A stretch of DNA of 50,013 bases, taken from positions 1 to 50,013 of the forward strand of contig VGYT01000003.1 of NCBI GenBank assembly GCA_016872895.1, given 5' to 3'. Shown here piece after piece: positions 29,397-40,721 of this stretch; the stretch's first letter is position 1; every line of letters begins with the position of its first letter. The translations under genes and the position numbers were made by a program. Under the pieces are notes generated by a model that saw only the letters and a list, made by a program, of their open reading frames with translations, ran no database searches and was not told the DNA's origin. Source of the stretch: Planctomycetota bacterium. GTDB taxonomy: Bacteria; Planctomycetota; Phycisphaerae; FEN-1346.

Positions 29397-29927
29397 TTGG
29401 CACCAGAGAATCGCGATACGGGAGAACCGCTATCGGTCCCTACGGATGACCGGCTCTTCACGCTGGAGGTCTGCATCATCGGCGGTCCCATGACCGAGAA
29501 GTTCATCAAGCAGAACAGGGTCATCTGCCGGACGATCCAGATTCGCGGCGACCAGACGCTCAAAGACCTGCACTACGCCATCTTCGACGCCTTCGGGCGC
29601 GAGGACCAGCACATGTACGAGTTCCAGGTCGGCGGCAAGGGGCCGATGGACTCGAAGGCGCAAAGGTACGTGTTGTCCGGCGAGTTCGAGAACCCGATCC
29701 CCGGAAGGCGGAGGGCCGCGGGCGACGTGACGCGCACGTCCATCGGCTCGCTTGGCCTGAAGAAGGGCGACGCCTTCGGCTACTGGTTTGATTTCGGCGA
29801 CGACTGGTGGCACCAGATCAACGTTACGGACATCAAGGAGAAGGCTGGGGCCGGCAAGTACCCGAAGGTCACCAAGCGCGTGGGCAAGAGTCCGCCTCAG
29901 TACGTGGACCGGGACGAGGAAGGATAG
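29397..29927 (+). CDS. Plasmid pRiA4b ORF-3 family protein
   Basis: RBS AGGAGG plus TTG; RTIQIRGDQTLKDLHYAIFDAF..EDQHMYEF; YWFDFGDDWWH; G.SPPQY. Confidence 0.85.
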   Translation: MAPENRDTGEPLSVPTDDRLFTLEVCIIGGPMTEKFIKQNRVICRTIQIRGDQTLKDLHYAIFDAFGREDQHMYEFQVGGKGPMDSKAQRYVLSGEFENPIPGRRRAAGDVTRTSIGSLGLKKGDAFGYWFDFGDDWWHQINVTDIKEKAGAGKYPKVTKRVGKSPPQYVDRDEEG

Positions 29928-29992
29928 AACGCCTGCGATGGCCGATACGGCAGGTCGCGACGGCCACTTCGCGGCATGGAAGGGAGCCACCT

Positions 29993-31798
29993 ATGTCAGC
30001 ACGACCCTGGATGGTGTCTCTGGCGGCCTGGGCGGCCGTCCTCGTGGGCGCGGCCGCGGCTTCCGCGCGGGAAATCCACGTCGCCAAGACGGGAGACGAT
30101 GCCGCCGCCGGCGACCAGACCCGACCCTACCTCACCATCAGCAAGGCGGCGGCCGCCGCCCAGCCCGGAGACACGGTGACGGTCCACGCCGGAACGTACC
30201 GCGAATGGGTGAAGCCCGCCCGCGGCGGCACGAGCGAGCAGAGCCGCATCACCTACCGGGCGGCTGCGGGCCAGGAGGTCCTGATCAAGGGGTCCGAGCG
30301 CATCACGTCGTGGGCGCCGGAAGGCGGCGGCGCTTGGAAGGCGGAGTTGCCCAACGCCTTCTTCGGCGATTACAACCCCTACGCGCTGACCCTCTCGGGC
30401 GGCTGGCTCGAATACGGGCAGTGGCACCGCCGGGGCGACGTGTACCTGAACGGCGAGGCGCTGGCCGAGCAACAGGCTCCGGAGGCGGTCAAACAGCGGG
30501 AAGGCACGTGGCATTGTCAAGTGGTGCAGCAGACGACCATCATCCGGGCCAACTTCGGCCGGGCGAACCCCAACCGCGAACTCGCGGAAATCAACGTCCG
30601 CGAGAGCGTGTTCATGCCGACGGAGAGCGGCCTCAAGTATATTACCGTCGAGGGGTTTCACCTGATGCACTCGGCGGAGAACTGGCAGCCGCCGGGCCTG
30701 GCGGTCCAGATGGGGACCATCGGCCCGCGGATGGGCAAGCACTGGATCATCCAGAACTGCCGGGTCACCAACGCCCGCTGCGTGGGGATCGTGCTCGGGC
30801 ACGCCCCGGGCGTGGACTACGACGACATCGACGCCTTCGGCGACCACGTCGTCCGCCGCAACTGGATTCGGCGGTGCGGCGAGGCGGGCATCGCCGGCCA
30901 GAAGGGCGCGACGCGGTGCCTGATCGCCGGGAACCTCATCGAAGACACCAACTACCGCAAGGAGTTCGGCGGATGGGAGACCGCCGCCATCAAGTTCCAC
31001 GAGTCCGTGGACACGGTCATTGCCGGGAACCTGATCCGGCGCGTCGATCACCAGTCGCACGGCGCGTTCGGCATCTGGATGGACTGGGGCAACCAGGGCA
31101 CGCGCATTACGGGCAACATCATCTACGACACGAAGGCGGCCGCCGTCTTCCTGGAAATGGACCACGGGCCCATCCTGGCGGACAACAACGTGCTCGTCGG
31201 CCAGGGGGTCCGCAGCAACTCCGAGGGGACGGTCTTCGCCCATAACCTCTTCGCCGACTGCGCGTTCGAGATGGTCTCGGACACCCGGCGGCGGTCGCAG
31301 TACTACCGGCCGCACACCCGGACGACCGTTGACCGCAAGGTCGGCATCCCGCAGGATGACAAGTGGTACAACAACATCTTCATCCGTCGGGGGCTGGAGA
31401 AGGTGAAGGAGGCATCAGGGTACGCCTCGGACGGCAACCTCTTCCTGGAAGGCGCCGGCAAGAGCACCTTCGGTGATGGCCGCAACGTGGTGGACCCCTT
31501 CAAGACGGACCTCCGCCGCGAGGAGACCCCGTTGGGCGTCACGTTCACCTTCGCGGTGGGCAAGGCGGCGGGGCTGCGCGGCCCGCGCGTCGACGCCGCC
31601 CTGGTAGGGGTGCTGCCCACCGTCGGGCAGACCATCGAGGACCGCTACGGCAAGGCCATTTCCGTGGATACGGACATCCACGGGCTGAATCGTCAGGAGC
31701 GCGTCCCGGGTCCCCTGGCCGGCCTGAAGCCGGAGCGGAACACCATCACGTGGTCGCTGGAACCCGCGCGGCCCGATGAGGGGAAACCGGCCCCGTAG
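29993..31798 (+). CDS. Secreted GH120 beta-xylosidase-like beta-helix protein
   Basis: Signal peptide; VHAGTYREWVKP, IKGSE, FFGDYNPY, GDVYLNG, EINVR, IWMDW..QG and FLEMDHGP, corresponding to the XylC-type catalytic Asp and Glu segments. Confidence 0.75.
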   Translation: MSARPWMVSLAAWAAVLVGAAAASAREIHVAKTGDDAAAGDQTRPYLTISKAAAAAQPGDTVTVHAGTYREWVKPARGGTSEQSRITYRAAAGQEVLIKGSERITSWAPEGGGAWKAELPNAFFGDYNPYALTLSGGWLEYGQWHRRGDVYLNGEALAEQQAPEAVKQREGTWHCQVVQQTTIIRANFGRANPNRELAEINVRESVFMPTESGLKYITVEGFHLMHSAENWQPPGLAVQMGTIGPRMGKHWIIQNCRVTNARCVGIVLGHAPGVDYDDIDAFGDHVVRRNWIRRCGEAGIAGQKGATRCLIAGNLIEDTNYRKEFGGWETAAIKFHESVDTVIAGNLIRRVDHQSHGAFGIWMDWGNQGTRITGNIIYDTKAAAVFLEMDHGPILADNNVLVGQGVRSNSEGTVFAHNLFADCAFEMVSDTRRRSQYYRPHTRTTVDRKVGIPQDDKWYNNIFIRRGLEKVKEASGYASDGNLFLEGAGKSTFGDGRNVVDPFKTDLRREETPLGVTFTFAVGKAAGLRGPRVDAALVGVLPTVGQTIEDRYGKAISVDTDIHGLNRQERVPGPLAGLKPERNTITWSLEPARPDEGKPAP

Positions 31799-31982
31799 CG
31801 GCGCCTTGCCAATTCCCCCGCGCCCTCGGGAAACGCAAGATGACGCCCTGACCACATTGTCCGGAACATTCCTTTTCCCAGCCGCCCCCGTTGGTTGACG
31901 CAAGCGCGTTACCCGCCGTTCAGCGGGGCCGCCGCCCGCAGGCGGCTGAACATGCAGGGGTCCTGGCCGCCGCGAGAAAAGC

Positions 31983-32035
31983 AAGGAGAATGTTGAATAT
32001 TGAATATTCAATATTTCACATTCAACATTCTCCTT
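31983..32035. repeat. AT-rich palindromic element, copy 1 (16-bp outer IR, internal 20-bp palindrome); possible bidirectional terminator
   Basis: AAGGAGAATGTTGAAT...ATTCAACATTCTCCTT with AATATTGAATATTCAATATT (31996-32015). It lies between convergent genes and contains the sulfatase stop codon. Confidence 0.85.
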
Positions 32036-33615
32036 CTCTTTTCCCCCTGCACGCCGGGGCCGTAAGCGGGGTTGGGCTTCGGGAGGACCGCACCGGAGTC
32101 CTTCAGGAATCCTTCGATGAGGGCATCGAGTTCCTTCACCCGGTCGGGCATCTCGTCGGCGAGGTTGGCGGTCTCGCCGACGTCGGTCTTGAGGTTGTAC
32201 AACTCGTAACGGTGGGCGAAGTTCGGGCCGTCGTGGAAGATGCGGATGAGTTTCCAGTCGCCCTTGCGCACATAGACCGACGGCAGCGCCCCCGTGGCGG
32301 GCGTTGAGTGGGGGAAGAAGCAGAAGATAGCCTCGCGCGGCAGGCGGTCCGCCCCGCGCAGCACGGGCACTATGCTCGTGCCGTCGAACTTCAGCCCTTC
32401 CCTGGCCTTAAGGTCGAGCATGTCGAGGATCGTCGGGTAGAAGTCGATGCTCTGGATAACGGCGTCGCTCTTTGCGCCGGGCTTCACCTGGCCGGGCCAG
32501 ATGACGATGCACGGCACGCGTGTGCCGCCCTCGTAGATCGTGGCCTTCCCGCCGCGGAGGGGGGCGTTGCTCGTGATCGGGATGCGCGTGAGTTCGTCTT
32601 CGTTGCCCGTGCCCTTGTGCCCGGTCCAATGGACGCCGCCGTTATCGGAGAAGAAGACGACGATGGTGCTCTCGGCCAGGCCGAGTTCGTCGAGCGCGTC
32701 GAGGAGGCGCCCGACGGCGTCGTCCATGCTCCGGACCATGGCAGCATAAAGCGCGTTGCGCTGGGGGTTCTTCGGGTCGGCCTTAGTGCGATATTTCTCG
32801 ATATACTCCTTCTTGGCGTCGAACGGCGAGTGGACCGAGAAGCACCAGTAGGTCATGAAGAACCGGCGGTCCTTGTTCTCCTTGAGGAACTTCACGGCCT
32901 CGGCGGCCATGCGGTCTTCGATGTGCTCGCCCGGCGGGCCCGTGAAGTTCAACCTGGCCGGGAACTTCCACGGCGCGATGTAACTTCCGGCGGGGCCGGG
33001 GCCGCCCCAGTGCGGCACGTCCGCGTCGTAACCCTGGTGGAGCGGGTCGTACGGCTCCTGCCCCAGGTGCCACTTGCCGAAGTGGCCCGTGCGGTAGCCG
33101 GCATCGTGCAGGGCCTCGGCCAGGGTGCAGTACTCGTGCTTCAGGCGCGTGGCGCTCGCGCAACTGAGGACCTTCACCTCGGGCGAGCCGCGCTCGCCGA
33201 CGGTTTCCTCGAACTTCTCCTCCGGCAGATGGCAGGCCGGCGCGGTGATGCCGATGCGGGCGGGCCAAAGGCCCGTCTGGATGCTCGCCCGGGTGGGCGA
33301 ACAGAGCGGGTTGGCCGCATAGGCGTTGGTGAACATCATGCCGCGCTTGGCCATGCGCTCGACGTTCGGCGTTTCGTAGAACGTGCTGCCGTAGAGCGAC
33401 GTGTCGCGCCAGCCGAGGTCGTCGGCAAGGATGAAGAGAAGGTTCGGCCTGCTCGCGGGCGGCGCGGCGGCCGCGTCGCCGGGGGGTGCTGTGCTTTCGC
33501 TTGCGAAAGCATGGGCCCGGCGCCCGGCGACCATGCTTTCGCGAAGGCGCGAAAGCATGGCCCCCGCGGCGGCCGCCGCTGCGCCCGCCGCGATGAGAAA
33601 TTCGCGTCGGTCCAC
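32008..33615 (-). CDS. Tat-exported Cys-type sulfatase
   Basis: RBS GGAGG plus GTG 33615; [34 protein letters not shown]. Confidence 0.9.
   Translation of the reverse strand: MDRREFLIAAGAAAAAAGAMLSRLRESMVAGRRAHAFASESTAPPGDAAAAPPASRPNLLFILADDLGWRDTSLYGSTFYETPNVERMAKRGMMFTNAYAANPLCSPTRASIQTGLWPARIGITAPACHLPEEKFEETVGERGSPEVKVLSCASATRLKHEYCTLAEALHDAGYRTGHFGKWHLGQEPYDPLHQGYDADVPHWGGPGPAGSYIAPWKFPARLNFTGPPGEHIEDRMAAEAVKFLKENKDRRFFMTYWCFSVHSPFDAKKEYIEKYRTKADPKNPQRNALYAAMVRSMDDAVGRLLDALDELGLAESTIVVFFSDNGGVHWTGHKGTGNEDELTRIPITSNAPLRGGKATIYEGGTRVPCIVIWPGQVKPGAKSDAVIQSIDFYPTILDMLDLKAREGLKFDGTSIVPVLRGADRLPREAIFCFFPHSTPATGALPSVYVRKGDWKLIRIFHDGPNFAHRYELYNLKTDVGETANLADEMPDRVKELDALIEGFLKDSGAVLPKPNPAYGPGVQGEKRRRMLNVKY
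33485..33564 (-). repeat. 80-bp REPIN-like double hairpin inserted in frame in the sulfatase signal region
   Basis: Ungapped 69/80 match (hand count) to the intergenic 38694-38773 element; translated as [27 protein letters not shown]. Confidence 0.85.
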
Positions 33616-33616
33616 G

Positions 33617-35071
33617 TTACGGATTGCCTCCGCCCTTTTTCTGTTTCGCCTTGGCCGCCTTGGGCTTTTCACCTTGCGGCTGCCTGGAGAAAAAGTCCAG
33701 GTTCACTTCCGCCGGCCTCGGATTGGCAACTTCCAGCGGCAGCGTGTCGCCGAACCGCTTCTGCTCGGCGGCCATGAGCGCCATCAGTTCTTTCACCTTC
33801 TCGGCGTGGGCCGGGGCGCCGGCGAGGTCCTTGATCTCGCGCGGGTCGGCCTGGAGGTCGAAAAGTTGGGTCTTGTTGACCTGGGGGTACCGGATGAGTT
33901 TCCACTGCCCGCGACGGACGGCGCGCTGGAACTCCTTGTACCCGAGGAGGACCGCGTCGCGGACGCCCTCGGCCTTGCCCTGCATGACGGCAAGGAGGCT
34001 CTTGCCGTCGATCTGGGCGGGGGCCTTTGCGCCGGTGAGTTCGCAAATCGTCGGGTAGATGTCGAAATGGTACGCGAGGGCGTCGGACGCCTTCCCCTGC
34101 GGCACGCCCGGTCCCGCGAAGATGACGGGCACTTTCATCGAGTCCTCGTAAAGGTTCTGCTTGCCCATGAGGCCGTGGCTGCCGATGGCCACACCCTGGT
34201 CGCCGGTGAAAACGAAGATGGTGTTGTCGAACTCTCCGACGTCCTTAAGGGCCTGGAAGATGCGGCCGATCTGGGCGTCGAGGCAGGTGATGTCGGCGTA
34301 GTAGTCGCGGAGTTCGCGGCGGACGGCATCCTCGGTGCGCGGCCAGGGCAGGAGCCTCTCGTCGCGGACGAGAAGTTCGCCGTTATCGAAGGGGTGGAAC
34401 GGCAGATAGTTCGGCGGCAGGGGCATCTTCGCCACATCGTACCTGTCGAGGAACTCCTTCGGGGCGACCCGCGGGTCGTGCGGATGAGGCGGCGCAAGGT
34501 GCATGAAGAACGGCTGCGCTGCGCCGGCGTCCCGCTGCTTCTTCCACTCCTGGAGGTAGGCGATGACGCCGTCGGCCATCTCCTTGCCGGGAACAACGCC
34601 CTCCCCCTTGCGGTTGTCGAAGTTCTCCGACTCGAAGACCTTCAGGACCGGCGTATCGTTGTTGCCGGCCTTGCCGAGGAAGAACGTGGCGTAGCCGGCC
34701 TCGTTCATCGTCTTCGGGAAGTTCTGCTCCTGCCACTGCTCCCTGAATCGCGGCGCAAGCCAGGAGCGGCCCCTGAGGATCATCTGCCGCGCGGGCAGGC
34801 ACACCGCCCCGCTGTATCCGCCCTGGCAGTAGGCCTGGCGGAAGGTGAAGCCGCGGTTAACGAGGGCGTCGAGGTTCGGCGTCTGGATGTGCGGGTTGCC
34901 GAGGGCGGCGATGGTGTCGCCGCGCTGATCGTCGGTCAGCAGCACGACGACGTTCGGCCGCCGGCGCGGGCCGGCCTCCGCCCCGCGGAGCGCTCGCGGC
35001 AGCGCCATCGCCGCCGCACCCATGCCGAGGCGCTTCAGGAACTCGCGCCGCTTGACGTTCTGGATATCCAT
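33617..35071 (-). CDS. Tat-exported sulfatase (choline-sulfatase-like)
   Basis: [45 protein letters not shown]. Confidence 0.9.
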   Translation of the reverse strand: MDIQNVKRREFLKRLGMGAAAMALPRALRGAEAGPRRRPNVVVLLTDDQRGDTIAALGNPHIQTPNLDALVNRGFTFRQAYCQGGYSGAVCLPARQMILRGRSWLAPRFREQWQEQNFPKTMNEAGYATFFLGKAGNNDTPVLKVFESENFDNRKGEGVVPGKEMADGVIAYLQEWKKQRDAGAAQPFFMHLAPPHPHDPRVAPKEFLDRYDVAKMPLPPNYLPFHPFDNGELLVRDERLLPWPRTEDAVRRELRDYYADITCLDAQIGRIFQALKDVGEFDNTIFVFTGDQGVAIGSHGLMGKQNLYEDSMKVPVIFAGPGVPQGKASDALAYHFDIYPTICELTGAKAPAQIDGKSLLAVMQGKAEGVRDAVLLGYKEFQRAVRRGQWKLIRYPQVNKTQLFDLQADPREIKDLAGAPAHAEKVKELMALMAAEQKRFGDTLPLEVANPRPAEVNLDFFSRQPQGEKPKAAKAKQKKGGGNP

Positions 35072-35190
35072 GCGTTCTCCCTTCTTCCAGATGACTCCGT
35101 AGCGCTGCCCATCCTCGCCGGATAGAACGGCCCGTTACGCTCCGTGTCGGCCGGGCCGACGGTTGCCGCCCTGCGGCCGCGGACGGGGCG

Positions 35191-36693
35191 TCACTGCTTT
35201 CTCTTCGCCTTGGCCTTGGCCGGCTTGTTCGCCTGGCCCTCGACCTTCTCGTCGGAGGCGTCTTCGCCGCGCCCCGACCCCTGGCGCGACTTGGCCTTGA
35301 GTTCCGTTTCCATGCCCTTGTCGCCCTGCTGCGCCATCCAGGCATCGAGTTCGCGGGCGAGGCGGGCCTTGATGTCGGCGAACTTCGGGTCCTCGGCCAG
35401 GTTCTTCATGTCGTACGGGTCGGCCTGGAGGTCGTAGAGTTCCTCGGCGGGCCGGTGCGAGAGCCACTTGACCCATTCGGCCAGCCGCGGGTCTTTCACG
35501 GCATCCTCTTCCCAGGATTTGAAAATGGCCGTGCCGTGGATTCCGGCAATCCAGTACGTGTTGCTCGGCGCAAGGTTGCGAACCAGTTTGTAGCGCCCAT
35601 CGCAGACCGAGCGCATCGGGTACGGCTCCTTGTAGCCGATGATGCCCACGGTGGTGTGCTGCGCGAAGACGTAATCGCGGAGCCTGTCGGCCTTGCCGAG
35701 CAGCACCGCCAGGAAACTGCGGCCGTCGAAGCCGCGGCTGCCGTTGGCGTCGGGGCAGCCGGTGTCGATCTTCGTCGGGTCGGCGCCGGCGGCTTCGAGG
35801 AACGTTGGCGGCACGTCAACGTACTGCATGAGCGCATCGCTGGCGGAGCCGGGCCTGATCTTGCCCGGCCATCGGGCGAATGTGGCGACCCGGATGCCGT
35901 TGTCGTAGAGCGACCACTTGCCGCCGCACGGGAACGAACTGCCTTGCTCGCTCACGAAGAGAACGAGCGTGTTATTGGCCTGGCCGGATTCCTCGACCGC
36001 CTTCAGACACGCGCCCACTTGCGTGTCGAGTTGCGTGATCTCGGCGTAATATTCCGCGAGGTTCTTGCGGGTCACGGCGTTGTCGTGCAGGTACGGCGGG
36101 ATCTTGAGGACGTCGGGCCTGTGAAGGTCCCGCGGACCGCGGGTCCAGGGCGAGTGCGGGTCGTGCGACGCCAAGACCGCCAGCCAGGGCTGCGATCTGT
36201 CGCGCGTGATGAAGGCGGCAAAGGCCTCGGCGTTGTCGGGGCTGGAGTGGATGTACTCCCACGGAAACGTGGCCGGCGGCCCGACGTGCGTCTTGCCCTG
36301 CAAGCCCACGCGGTACCCCAGCGCCTTCAGGTGCGTGAAGATGCTGGCCGTGCCGTCGTAGGCCCGCGTGTGGTTCGGGTACGCGCCGCTTCGGACGGGG
36401 AACAGGCCGGTGTAGAGCGCGTGGCGGCAAGGCGAGCAGGTGGGCGCCGGCGTGTACATGGCGCGCAGCGTCATGCCGTCGCGCGCCAGGCGGTCGATGT
36501 TCGGCGACTTGACGTCGGGGTTGCCCATGCAGCCGAGGTCGTGCAGGTTCAGGTCGTCGGCAATCAGGAGGAGAAAGTTGGGCCGCGCGCCCGTCGGCGC
36601 TGCCGCCCGGGACCACCGCGGGAGCACGAGCGCCGCCGCGCCCACGGCCGCATATCTCAGGAAGTCCCGCCGCTTGACGGTTTGGGCACCCAT
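35191..36693 (-). CDS. Tat-exported sulfatase (sulfamidase-like)
   Basis: KRRDFL, PNFLLLIADDL, CSPCR, GKTH, RPAEELYDL..DP; RBS AAGGAG. Confidence 0.9.
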   Translation of the reverse strand: MGAQTVKRRDFLRYAAVGAAALVLPRWSRAAAPTGARPNFLLLIADDLNLHDLGCMGNPDVKSPNIDRLARDGMTLRAMYTPAPTCSPCRHALYTGLFPVRSGAYPNHTRAYDGTASIFTHLKALGYRVGLQGKTHVGPPATFPWEYIHSSPDNAEAFAAFITRDRSQPWLAVLASHDPHSPWTRGPRDLHRPDVLKIPPYLHDNAVTRKNLAEYYAEITQLDTQVGACLKAVEESGQANNTLVLFVSEQGSSFPCGGKWSLYDNGIRVATFARWPGKIRPGSASDALMQYVDVPPTFLEAAGADPTKIDTGCPDANGSRGFDGRSFLAVLLGKADRLRDYVFAQHTTVGIIGYKEPYPMRSVCDGRYKLVRNLAPSNTYWIAGIHGTAIFKSWEEDAVKDPRLAEWVKWLSHRPAEELYDLQADPYDMKNLAEDPKFADIKARLARELDAWMAQQGDKGMETELKAKSRQGSGRGEDASDEKVEGQANKPAKAKAKRKQ

Positions 36694-36762
36694 GCGTTGT
36701 CGCTCCTTTAAGGCGGCTCCGCAACAGCGCCGATCCCAGTGCTCTGTCATACGTCAACTGAG

Positions 36763-36842
36763 GGGCGGCATGGTCACCCTGTTGGGTGACCATGTGGCGC
36801 CCTCGGTGCACATGGCCACGCAACAGCGTGGCCATGCCACCC
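36763..36842. repeat. 80-bp REPIN-like element (two inverted REP hairpins)
   Basis: GGGCGGCATGGTCACC-ctgttg-GGTGACCATGTG...CACATGGCCACG-caacag-CGTGGCCATGCCACCC; the two loops are reverse complements of each other. Confidence 0.85.
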
Positions 36843-36942
36843 GGCCACTCATCGTTTCACGTTTGACAGAGCACTCGCCTGGTGGAACGGCCTGCCGCGC
36901 CCGCTATTGCCCGCGCCGGCCTTGCCCGCCTTGCCGCGGCTC

Positions 36943-38598
36943 TTATTTGCCGGCTGCCGATGGCGCCGCATCGCCGGTGGCCGTGATACGGAACTCCTCC
37001 GCCGCGCGGGTCCAGCGTTCGGCCAGATCCCGGACCTTCTCGGGCTGCTTGTCGGCCAGGTTGCTGGATTCCGAGCGGTCGTAGCGCAGGTCGTAGAGTT
37101 CCCACGGCCCGGCAGCGCCGTCGGCCACGAGTTTCCAGTCGCCCACGCGGATGGCGCGATTGCCCGAGTGGCACCACCAGAGATACTCGTGCGCAACCGC
37201 CCCGTCGCTCGCCAAGGCCGGCACAAGACTTACGCCGGGCGGCGGCGGAACGGGCTTGCCTTCCCACTGCTCCGGCCGGCGGCCGCCGGCCAGTTCCAGC
37301 ATCGTCGGCGCCAGGTCGATGAAGTGGCACACGTCGCGACGCCACTCGCCGCGCGCCCGGATGCCCGCGGGCCAATGGACGATGAGCGGCGACGAAATGC
37401 CCCCCTCGTGCACCCACACCTTGTGGAGCCTGAGCGGCGTGTTGCACGCCGTGGACCAGCCCGGCCCGAGGCAGAGATACGACTTCGCCGAGCCCGGCGT
37501 CGCGGCGGGGTCGTGCCCGTCGCCCCGGATCATCTGTTCGGCGCTGGCCCCGTTGTCGGAGACGAAGAAGAGGACCGTGTTCTCGCAGGCGTTCATCGCC
37601 TTGAGTTGATCCAGGACGCGGCCGATCTCGCGGTCGACGCGGTCGATCATCGCGGCGTGGATGGCCATCTTGGTCGCCTGAAACCGCTTCTGCTCGTCCG
37701 TCAGTTGCTCCCACGGGATCGCCTTCGGGACCTCGCCCGGCCCAATCCGTTTCTGCATGTCTTCCGGCTTGAGGTTCCAGCCGGGTATGCTGTCCGGGTC
37801 GGGCTTCGACAGCGGGCAGTTGATGAGGCCCAACTCGGTCATCCGCTTCCAGCGCTTCTGGCGGATGGCATCCCATCCTTCCAGGTAGCGGTCGCGATAG
37901 CGGTCAATGTCCTCCCGGAGCGCCTGGATGGGGAAGTGCGGCTCGGTAAATGCCAGGTACTGGAAGAAAGGACGGTCCGCGTGATTCTCGGCGTGCTCCT
38001 TGAGGTAACGAATGGCGTGGTCCGCAATGGCCGTGCTCGCGTAATAGCCCTCCTCAGGCTTGATGGGTTGGAGCGGCGGGTCGATTGCCGCCATCTTCCT
38101 GGCCGGCAGAAAGTGATGGTCGCTATCGCTGTACTCAAACGCGCGGTCAAAGCCGCCCTGCTGCGGCGTGCCGTCCACATGCCACTTTCCGGAGTGATAG
38201 GTCCGGTAGCCCAGGGGCTTGAGCATCTCCGGCAACAGCCGCGCCCACGCGGGGCGCTTCCCGCCCGCGCCCCCGGCCAGGCCCGGCATCGCATCGCGGC
38301 GGACCTGCTGCGCATAGTAGCCGGTCAGGATGCAGGCCCGCGAGGGCCAGCACCGGGCCGTGGAGTAGCACTGCGTGAACCGGATGCCGCCGGCCGCAAG
38401 GCGGTCCAGATTGGGCGTGGCAATCTCGCCGCCGTAGCAGCCGGCGTCGGAGAATCCCATGTCATCCATCACGATCACGAGGAAGTTCGGCTTGCGGGAC
38501 GGGGCCGTCCCGGCCGCCGCCCGCAGCGCCCACGACGGCACCGCCACCGCGCACGCCCCAAGGCCGGCGAGTTTCAGAAAGTCGCGCCGCGTGGTCAT
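36943..38598 (-). CDS. Tat-exported arylsulfatase
   Basis: TRRDFLK, DDMGFSD.GCYGGEI.TPNLD, CWPSR, GKWH, SDNGAS. Confidence 0.92.
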   Translation of the reverse strand: MTTRRDFLKLAGLGACAVAVPSWALRAAAGTAPSRKPNFLVIVMDDMGFSDAGCYGGEIATPNLDRLAAGGIRFTQCYSTARCWPSRACILTGYYAQQVRRDAMPGLAGGAGGKRPAWARLLPEMLKPLGYRTYHSGKWHVDGTPQQGGFDRAFEYSDSDHHFLPARKMAAIDPPLQPIKPEEGYYASTAIADHAIRYLKEHAENHADRPFFQYLAFTEPHFPIQALREDIDRYRDRYLEGWDAIRQKRWKRMTELGLINCPLSKPDPDSIPGWNLKPEDMQKRIGPGEVPKAIPWEQLTDEQKRFQATKMAIHAAMIDRVDREIGRVLDQLKAMNACENTVLFFVSDNGASAEQMIRGDGHDPAATPGSAKSYLCLGPGWSTACNTPLRLHKVWVHEGGISSPLIVHWPAGIRARGEWRRDVCHFIDLAPTMLELAGGRRPEQWEGKPVPPPPGVSLVPALASDGAVAHEYLWWCHSGNRAIRVGDWKLVADGAAGPWELYDLRYDRSESSNLADKQPEKVRDLAERWTRAAEEFRITATGDAAPSAAGK

Positions 38599-38693
38599 GG
38601 TTGGATTCCCTTTTTTCGATGATCGTGCTGATTGGCCGGAACCGGCACGCTCCGTTTCGGCATGCGAATCTCGCGGCATCCGCGTCGCCGGAG

Positions 38694-38773
38694 GGTGCCA
38701 TGCTTTCGCGCCTTTGCGAAAGCATGGCCGCCGGCCGCAGGACTCATTCTTTCGCAAGCGAAAGCATGTCACC
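38694..38773 (+). repeat. 80-bp REPIN-like double hairpin (intergenic copy)
   Basis: GGTGCCATGCTTTCGCG..GCGAAAGCATGG...CTTTCGC-aa-GCGAAAGCATGTCACC. Confidence 0.85.
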
Positions 38774-38788
38774 GGCCGGGTGCAAAAA

Positions 38789-38847
38789 GGCAATGAGAAT
38801 GTTGAATATTGAATATTCAATATTTCACATTCAATATTCTCCTTGCC
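38789..38847. repeat. AT-rich palindromic element, copy 2
   Basis: GAGAATGTTGAATATTGAATATTCAATATTTCACATTCAA.ATTCTCCTT, nearly identical to 31983-32035; just downstream of the sulfatase stop at 38873. Confidence 0.85.
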
Positions 38848-38872
38848 GTTTGCCGGCCCACGGCGGCCGGGA

Positions 38873-40675
<1,803 letters not shown>

Positions 40676-40721
40676 TTCTCTTCTCCTGGCTGATGCTCGC
40701 GCGGCGATGCGGCCCCTGCCG

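Noticed and set aside
36694-38820. Extended N-termini of sulfatase ORFs given in the track (36750, 38820; likewise 33672, 40786, 42416)
   Set aside because: The extensions run through repeats, intergenic DNA or upstream genes; the twin-Arg position (and an RBS where visible) supports the downstream starts used here.
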